From NCBI GenBank assembly GCA_007123985.1, contig SLGA01000214.1, positions 1-54,967 of the forward strand: a stretch of 54,967 nt of DNA, in the 5' to 3' direction. The translations under genes were made by a program, and so were the position numbers. Positions 48,710-54,967 of the stretch are shown piece after piece. Positions within the stretch are counted from its first letter, which is position 1; every line of letters begins with the position of its first letter. The notes below the pieces were generated by a model. That model was not told where the DNA came from and searched no databases. It saw nothing but the letters and a program-made list of their open reading frames with translations. Source of the DNA: Balneolaceae bacterium (GTDB lineage Bacteria; Bacteroidota; Rhodothermia; Balneolales; Balneolaceae).

Positions 48710-49744
48710 ATGAGTAAAAAAATTGTAACGTTTGGTGAAATTATGCTGCGGCTGTCAACACCCGGATATAAACGGTTTGTCCAGGCGGAGGCATACGATG
48801 CTACATTTGGAGGCGGTGAGGCCAATGTTGCAGTCTCACTATCACAGTTTGGTCTGGAATGTACCTTTGTAAGTCGAATTCCTTCTCATGAAATTGGGGA
48901 AGCAGCTGTTCAGTCGTTGCAAAAATTCGGAGTAAAGACGGGGCACATACAGCGTGGAGATGAGAGATTGGGTATCTATTTTCTTGAAACAGGTGCAAGT
49001 CAGCGCCCGTCAAAGGTGATTTACGATCGCTCAAACTCAGCAATTAGTCAGCTGGATCCAGCTTCAATCGACTGGGATGAGATTTTTGTTGGAAAAAAGT
49101 GGTTTCACTGGACGGGTATAACGCCTGCACTGGGCAGCAATTTGGTTACGGCTTTAAACGATGCTTGTACATCTGCAAAAAAAGCCGGAGTTCGTATCAG
49201 TTGCGATCTCAATTTCAGGGCGAAACTTTGGACAGAAAAGGAGGCACAAACCGTTATGATTCCGCTTATGGAATATGTGGATGTGTGTATTGCCAATGAA
49301 GAAGATGCACAGCGAAGCCTCGGGTTTAGTGCCGGTTCAACAGTTGTAGATGCTGCCCGCCTTGATGAGGATGCATATATCACCCTGGCAAAATCTCTCA
49401 AAAAAAAGTACGGTTTTGATACAGTTGCCATTACTCTTCGCGAAAGTTATTCAGCAAGTTTAAATGGCTGGAGTGCACTGCTGCATGATGATAAGGATTG
49501 CAAAACTCCCCATCGCTCCAATCGGTATGAAATTACCATAATAGATCGTGTTGGCGGGGGCGATTCCTTCTCCGCGGGACTGATTTTTGGGCTGCTTACA
49601 ACAGAGAGTACAAGAGATGCTCTTGAGTTTGCCGTTGCCGCTTCGTGCCTGAAGCAGACAATTCCGGGTGATTTTAATCTTATACGTGTTAGCGAAGTGG
49701 AAAAATTACTAAATAGTGGCGGCTCCGGCCGTGTTGAACGGTGA
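48710..49744 (+). CDS. kdgK: 2-keto-3-deoxygluconate kinase (PfkB family)
   Basis: FGEIMLRL, GGGEANVA, RLGIYFLE.G, YDR, HWTGITPAL, DLNFR.KLW, DRVGGGDSF. Confidence 0.92.
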   Translation: MSKKIVTFGEIMLRLSTPGYKRFVQAEAYDATFGGGEANVAVSLSQFGLECTFVSRIPSHEIGEAAVQSLQKFGVKTGHIQRGDERLGIYFLETGASQRPSKVIYDRSNSAISQLDPASIDWDEIFVGKKWFHWTGITPALGSNLVTALNDACTSAKKAGVRISCDLNFRAKLWTEKEAQTVMIPLMEYVDVCIANEEDAQRSLGFSAGSTVVDAARLDEDAYITLAKSLKKKYGFDTVAITLRESYSASLNGWSALLHDDKDCKTPHRSNRYEITIIDRVGGGDSFSAGLIFGLLTTESTRDALEFAVAASCLKQTIPGDFNLIRVSEVEKLLNSGGSGRVER

Positions 49745-49772
49745 GGATTTAGAACAAATACCAGATCTTGCC

Positions 49773-51188
49773 ATGAAAAAACAATTCATACACAAAGATT
49801 TTTTACTGCAGAATGAAACAGCTGAAAAACTGTATCATGAAGTTGCCGCCGGCCTCCCCATCATCGACTATCATAATCATCTCCCACCGGATCAAATCTA
49901 TGAAGATCTGAATTTCCGTAATCTTACGCAGATATGGTTGTCTGGTGATCATTATAAATGGCGCGCCATGCGAACCTGTGGGGTGGATGAAAGATATATT
50001 ACGGGGGATGCTACAGATAAAGAGAAATTTCTTGCATGGGCTGCTGTTGTACCCAAAACAATAAAAAATCCACTGTATCACTGGACACACTTGGAGCTCA
50101 GTAACCTATTTAAGATTTCTGATCGGCTGTTGAATGGCGAATCGGCAGATAAAATCTGGGATGAGTGCAATGAAATGCTTCAAAGCCCGGAGTTTTCAGT
50201 CAGAAGCCTGCTGAAACGTTACAATGTGAAGGTTGTGGCAACAACTGATAATCCCGTAGACTCGCTGGCTGCGCATGAGAGTTTTCAGAAAGAGAGGCAG
50301 ACAGACTTTTTAATGGTGCCAACATTCAGGCCGGATGTGGGTATGCATATTGAAAACAGAGAGTCATTTATTAAATGGGTAAAAGCTCTCGAAATAGTGT
50401 CTGGAATTTCGATATCGGGCTACAGCGATTTTCTGGATGCCATAAAAGCCCGCCATGATTTCTTCCATAAGCTGGGATGCCGCGCATCCGATCATGGAAT
50501 AGCAGAGCCATTTTCTGATCCCTTCACCGATCTGCAGTTGAAGAACACTTTTCAGGATGCAATGAGTGGCCGGTCTGTATCCCGCGCTGATGCTCGTAGT
50601 TTTAAATCAGCATTTCTCTATAATTGCGGTTTGATGAATCACGAAAAAGGGTGGGTTTTTCAACTTCATATCGGGGCTTTACGTAATAACAGTTCCAGAA
50701 TGATGGATAAACTTGGGTCTGACTCCGGCTTCGATTCCATGGGGGATGTGGAGATGGCCCGGCCATTAGCAAGGTTACTTGATCGCCTCGATTCGGTAAA
50801 TAAACTGCCAAAGACTATTCTTTATAATATCAATCCTCGGGATAATGAGTTGATGGTTACAATGGCCGGAAACTTTCAGGATGGATCTCTACCCGGTAAG
50901 ATTCAGCACGGGCCACCATGGTGGTTTCTGGATCAGAAAGATGGTATTGAAAAACAGATCGATTCGCTCTCGAATATGGGGATTTTGAGTGAATTTATTG
51001 GTATGACAACAGATTCCAGAAGCTTTCTCTCGTTTTCACGCCACGATTATTTTCGGAGAGTTCTGTGCAACATTATTGGTAAGGATGTTGAAAACGGGCT
51101 TATTCCGGATGAAGAAGATCTGCTGATATCGCTTGTTGAGAGAATCTGCCATAAAAATGTTCGTAACTATTTCAAATACGAAAACTGA
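49773..51188 (+). CDS. uxaC: Uronate (glucuronate/galacturonate) isomerase
   Basis: FLL, PIIDYHNHL, GDHYKWRAMR, NPLYHWTHLEL, PTFRPD, WWFLDQ, TDSRSFLS..RH.YFRR.LCN. Confidence 0.97.
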   Translation: MKKQFIHKDFLLQNETAEKLYHEVAAGLPIIDYHNHLPPDQIYEDLNFRNLTQIWLSGDHYKWRAMRTCGVDERYITGDATDKEKFLAWAAVVPKTIKNPLYHWTHLELSNLFKISDRLLNGESADKIWDECNEMLQSPEFSVRSLLKRYNVKVVATTDNPVDSLAAHESFQKERQTDFLMVPTFRPDVGMHIENRESFIKWVKALEIVSGISISGYSDFLDAIKARHDFFHKLGCRASDHGIAEPFSDPFTDLQLKNTFQDAMSGRSVSRADARSFKSAFLYNCGLMNHEKGWVFQLHIGALRNNSSRMMDKLGSDSGFDSMGDVEMARPLARLLDRLDSVNKLPKTILYNINPRDNELMVTMAGNFQDGSLPGKIQHGPPWWFLDQKDGIEKQIDSLSNMGILSEFIGMTTDSRSFLSFSRHDYFRRVLCNIIGKDVENGLIPDEEDLLISLVERICHKNVRNYFKYEN

Positions 51189-52417
51189 TGAATACAAAAC
51201 TTCTTAAATCAATAAAGATTGCGGTTATTATCTGCTTATTTCCGGTAGTTTCACAAGCTCAGATTTACTCTGTTGAAGTGACGGCCGGGGCTTTTGACCG
51301 GTTGCATTCAATAGTCTCATTTTATCTGCCTGCAGACTTTGAACCAGGTGAGTATCACCTGCAGTCTGAAAATGATGAGAATACAATACTCCAGGTTGAT
51401 GAAAAGAACAGGGCATGGTTCATCCTCGATGAACTTGCTTCCGGTGGGTCGAAGAGATATATCCTGAATTCAGATCAAAAAATTGAAGACCTATCAGTTT
51501 ACTCCTTGAATTACGAGCTGGATGAGAATACCATCACACTAAAAACAGGCAGCAGTCGGGTACTGAGCTATTATCATGGTGAAAATAATCCTCCGGATGT
51601 ACTGGATGAGCGTTATAGACGAGGTGGTTACATCCACCCTGTTTACTCACCGGCAGGCATAATTCTTACAAATCATCTTAATGTTGACCAGCATCCGCAT
51701 CATTCCGGAATTTGGTCGGCATGGACAAACACGGTTTTTGAAGGGCGCACACCTGATTTTTGGAATGTTCATCTGAACAGCGGCCGGGTTGATGTGGATA
51801 ATGGTGCGATAGTGCCGATTCGTGGAAGTGTATTTACCGGATTTAAATCGAACCACAGATTTGCAGATCTTTCATCACCCGAAGAACCGGAAATTGCACT
51901 AAATGAAGTGTGGAAAGTTCGAGTATTTCAGCCTGGCAACGGATATCATCTTTTTGATCTCGAAGCAACTCAAACTGTAAATACAGACAAACCGCTTCAC
52001 TTACCTGAATACAGATATGGCGGGATTGGTTTTCGAGGCCATGCAGACTGGGATGTTCCTGAAAATGTCACATTTTTAACTGCAGAAGGTATGAATCGAG
52101 ACGGCCATGGAACACGAACCCGATGGACACACATTGGTGGTCGAAGCGATGGTGTGCTCGCAGGAATAGCTATTCTAGGGCATCCCTCAAACTATCGTCA
52201 TCCCCAGCCGGTGCGAATTCATCCGGATGAACCTTTTTTTAACTTTGCTCCGCAGCAGATGGGGGATATGATTATTGAGCCTGGAACCCCGTACACAGCG
52301 CGCTACCGTTTCATTACGTATGATGGAGAACCTGTACCCAAACTGCTGAACCGGCTTTGGGATGATTATGCCTGGCCACCTGGTGTTAGCGTTGTTAAGC
52401 TGAACGAAGAGGACTGA
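51188..52417 (+). CDS. Secreted 'PmoA'-family / DUF6807-like protein (not a methane monooxygenase)
   Basis: Signal peptide (..VVSQA-Q), YIHPVYSPAG, HPHHSGIW, DFWN, YGGIGFRG, HPSN, PFFNFAP, ARYRF; TGATG overlap with uxaC. Confidence 0.75.
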   Translation: MNTKLLKSIKIAVIICLFPVVSQAQIYSVEVTAGAFDRLHSIVSFYLPADFEPGEYHLQSENDENTILQVDEKNRAWFILDELASGGSKRYILNSDQKIEDLSVYSLNYELDENTITLKTGSSRVLSYYHGENNPPDVLDERYRRGGYIHPVYSPAGIILTNHLNVDQHPHHSGIWSAWTNTVFEGRTPDFWNVHLNSGRVDVDNGAIVPIRGSVFTGFKSNHRFADLSSPEEPEIALNEVWKVRVFQPGNGYHLFDLEATQTVNTDKPLHLPEYRYGGIGFRGHADWDVPENVTFLTAEGMNRDGHGTRTRWTHIGGRSDGVLAGIAILGHPSNYRHPQPVRIHPDEPFFNFAPQQMGDMIIEPGTPYTARYRFITYDGEPVPKLLNRLWDDYAWPPGVSVVKLNEED

Positions 52418-52496
52418 GTTTTTATTAACGTAAAATCTCAGAAAGATTTTTTAAAAGAGCAGTCTTACGGAACTTCAAGCCACCACAGAGTCTGTC

Positions 52497-53387
52497 ATGC
52501 TTAATGAAATAAAAGATTTTCTCCTTCATCTTCGGTTGCACTACCAGTTTTTTATTCTTTCAGGCGGATATCTTCTTGGTGGTTTGATGGCGAATGAGAT
52601 GAACGAAATACAATTTTGGCTGCAATTCCTGAATGTACATGTACTTCTGTTTGGTGGTGCTACTGCATACAACTCATACTGGGATAAAGACGAAGGACCC
52701 ATTGGCGGATTGAAAAATCCCCCAAAAATGACAACCTGGATGCATAAAGTATCACTGATTTTTATGGTTGCAGGATGGTTCTGGGCCTTCAGTATAAACA
52801 TCGTTTATTTTTTAATTTTTGGGTTAAGCCTGCTTTTATTCTGGTTATACTCAACACCATATGCGCGATGGAAGGGCCGCCCGATAGCAAGTATGGTAGC
52901 AATTGCTTTAAGTACGGGTACAAATTCTGTGTTGCTTGGATTTCTGGCGGCAGGTGGAGATTTCTCGCCTGTATTGATCACTGTTTCAGCCGGAGCTGCA
53001 TTGATATTGTTAAGTTTGTACCCGATCTCTCAGGTTTACCAGCTGGAAGAAGACAGCAAGCGCGGAGACGTTACTTTCACCAAAAAATATGGACTCAGAG
53101 GAGTGAAGCTTTTTTTTCGGTATAGTTATCTCGCAGGATTGATTTTACTCACTTCAGGGTTTTATATAGTGTATCCAGTTCCCGCTATTGCGCTCTTCAT
53201 AACAGCTTTACTATCATTTCTTATTTTGAATGCTTTTGTGGTTCGTTTGGAGGGAACCGCAAATGAATACCCAACTGTTATGAAGATCAAATTTTTGGCT
53301 TCGCTTGCATTTGTGTTTTTTTTAATCACATCAAATGCTGTTCGGTATGAATGGATTGGAGACACATTTTTGAGAATTTATTTTTAA
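52497..53387 (+). CDS. UbiA-family prenyltransferase-like membrane protein
   Basis: About 8 TM; NSYWDKDEG, LYS.P..RWK, YQLEEDSKRGD.T. Confidence 0.75.
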   Translation: MLNEIKDFLLHLRLHYQFFILSGGYLLGGLMANEMNEIQFWLQFLNVHVLLFGGATAYNSYWDKDEGPIGGLKNPPKMTTWMHKVSLIFMVAGWFWAFSINIVYFLIFGLSLLLFWLYSTPYARWKGRPIASMVAIALSTGTNSVLLGFLAAGGDFSPVLITVSAGAALILLSLYPISQVYQLEEDSKRGDVTFTKKYGLRGVKLFFRYSYLAGLILLTSGFYIVYPVPAIALFITALLSFLILNAFVVRLEGTANEYPTVMKIKFLASLAFVFFLITSNAVRYEWIGDTFLRIYF

Positions 53388-53404
53388 AGTTTTTTTTAGG
53401 AATT

Positions 53405-54031
53405 ATGACAGATGTAAAAACAACATGTATTACTCGCGATATTATTGAAAATGCGTACACATACAGCGAATACAGGGATTTGATTGATGAGCTTCTTTTG
53501 CAGGGAAAAACAACGGGAGAAAATCACTCCGAATCGATGCTGCACTATACAAAAATGAATGTACACAGGATGAACCGAATCGATAAACGAACGGGATTAA
53601 CTGATGAAATTATTCAAGCTCTCGAGAAACTTGACCGATCGATAATTTGGTTAATCATCACAGAGGCCTGGTGTGGAGATGCGGCTCAATCCATTCCCAT
53701 TATCCAAAAAATGGCGGATTCCACTAAAAAAATACAGGTCAGATACATTTTGCGGGATGAGAATCTTGAAATCATGGATCAGTTTTTAACAAACGGTAAA
53801 AGCCGGTCTATTCCCAAACTGATCGCACTCGACGCACGAACACTGGAAATTCTTGGAACGTGGGGACCACGCGCAGAAGAGGCTCAAAATCTGTATGATG
53901 AATTAAGGTTAAGAGACGATATGTCATTTCAAACAGTGGCGGAACGTCTGCATAAATGGTACGCTGATGATCGTGCAAAATCGTTGCAAAATGAGTTTGT
54001 ACCGTTGCTAAACCGATGGCAAAATAACTAA
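53405..54031 (+). CDS. Thioredoxin-like family protein (single Cys, WCGDA)
   Basis: ITEAWCGDAAQ, LRDEN, FLTNGKSRSIPKL, WGPR. Confidence 0.85.
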   Translation: MTDVKTTCITRDIIENAYTYSEYRDLIDELLLQGKTTGENHSESMLHYTKMNVHRMNRIDKRTGLTDEIIQALEKLDRSIIWLIITEAWCGDAAQSIPIIQKMADSTKKIQVRYILRDENLEIMDQFLTNGKSRSIPKLIALDARTLEILGTWGPRAEEAQNLYDELRLRDDMSFQTVAERLHKWYADDRAKSLQNEFVPLLNRWQNN

Positions 54032-54045
54032 AGGCAAATATTACA

Positions 54046-54967
54046 TTGCCCGAAAGCAAAAATATCGATTCTTTCTACCGTCACATTGCCCAGACAAGTG
54101 ATGAACCAATGGGGATTGAGATTGATAGGGCAGAAGGTTGTTTTTTGCATACGAAAGATGGAAGACGATTCACAGATCTTATCTCGGGAATTGCAGTAAG
54201 CAGCTTAGGCCATCGCCATCCGGAAGTGATAAAGGCTATTCAGGGCCAGCTGGAAAAACACCTGCATGTGATGGTTTATGGGGAATTTATCCAGGAGCCG
54301 CAAAGCCGGTTTGCGCAACGATTGTGCAGCTCTCTTCCGAAAACATTGGATCGCGTGTACTTTGTGAATAGCGGAACCGAGGCAATTGAAGGTGCTCTGA
54401 AACTGGCAAAAAAAACAACAGGAAGAAGCAAATTTGTAGCCTTTCAGAACAGTTACCACGGGGATACACACGGCTCTCTGAGTGTTACCGGAAGAAATGT
54501 GTATCGCGATCCCTACGAACCACTGCTCCCGAATGTCCACTTTCTGAATTATAACAGTTTTGATGGGCTTGATGTAATTGATAAGAATACTGCCGCCGTA
54601 ATACTTGAACCGATTCAGGGAGAGGGTGGAGTAATACCTGCTGATACGGAATGGCTAAAGAAAGTGAGAAAACGATGTGATGATACCGGTTCACTATTGA
54701 TTTTTGATGAAATACAGACCGGTTTTTTCAGAACAGGAACCCTGTTTGCATTTCAACATTACGGAGTAGTACCGGATATTTTGTGCCTGGCAAAGGCGAT
54801 GGGTGGAGGTATGCCGATGGGTGCTTTTGTTTCATCAACCGAAATATTTGAAGTGTTCAAGCACAATCCCCCCCTGAACCACGTTACCACTTTTGGAGGT
54901 CACCCGGTCTGCTGTGCGGCCGCTGATGCCAACCTAAGAGTACTTCTCAGTGAAGATTTCTCTAACA
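54046..54967 (+). CDS. 3'-truncated class-III PLP aminotransferase (ArgD-like)
   Basis: Not in the ORF track because it has no stop in the window. Manual translation from TTG 54046: DLISGIAVSSLGHRHP, NSGTEAIEGALK, YHGDT, EPIQGEGG, FDEIQTG, LAKAMGGG, TTFGGHP. Confidence 0.9.
   Translation, partial: MPESKNIDSFYRHIAQTSDEPMGIEIDRAEGCFLHTKDGRRFTDLISGIAVSSLGHRHPEVIKAIQGQLEKHLHVMVYGEFIQEPQSRFAQRLCSSLPKTLDRVYFVNSGTEAIEGALKLAKKTTGRSKFVAFQNSYHGDTHGSLSVTGRNVYRDPYEPLLPNVHFLNYNSFDGLDVIDKNTAAVILEPIQGEGGVIPADTEWLKKVRKRCDDTGSLLIFDEIQTGFFRTGTLFAFQHYGVVPDILCLAKAMGGGMPMGAFVSSTEIFEVFKHNPPLNHVTTFGGHPVCCAAADANLRVLLSEDFSN

Noticed and set aside
51188-52417. Methane monooxygenase subunit (from the 'PmoA' family label)
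   Set aside because: Soluble secreted protein with no TM helices and no pmoCB; the label is a misnomer.
52432-52452. AAAATCT-cagaa-AGATTTT hairpin after the uronate locus
   Set aside because: Almost all A-U pairs; too weak to call a terminator confidently.
54138-54694. Short ORF-track calls at the right edge
   Set aside because: The region is the open class-III aminotransferase frame starting at 54046.

Overview
Gene-dense bacterial chromosomal segment of mostly core genes. Gene content and order (uppS-bamA-skp, mreBCD-mrdA-rodA, standalone MnmD, TAnnTTTG-like promoter cores, few Shine-Dalgarno sites) point to the FCB group, most plausibly Balneolota/Balneolaceae (inference, no search run). 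About 54 CDS, in order: the tail of a low-GC beta-propeller-like gene, mgsA, ndk, namZ, rlmB, a GDPD, pyrG, nadE, mltD-like, S41 protease, ribH, uppS, bamA with three skp, a VWA protein, rnhB, the mre/rod elongasome, purH/purN, recX/recA, a kynureninase-like enzyme, mnmD, a porin, an Fe-ADH, an M20 amidohydrolase, and a hexuronate locus (TRAP dctPQM-uxaE-SDR-eda-kdgK-uxaC plus a secreted 'PmoA'/DUF6807-like protein). The window ends in a truncated class-III aminotransferase missed by the ORF track. I found no rRNA, tRNA, CRISPR, transposase or phage genes. Best leads: (i) the UxaE-type uronate locus with no mannonate dehydratase but a coupled exported orphan; (ii) a perfect TACATATA-N3-TACATATA direct repeat upstream of recA (candidate LexA operator); (iii) a GDPD whose catalytic motif lies upstream of any canonical start codon; (iv) several candidate cis-regulatory leaders. 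I found no unambiguous wholly new system.
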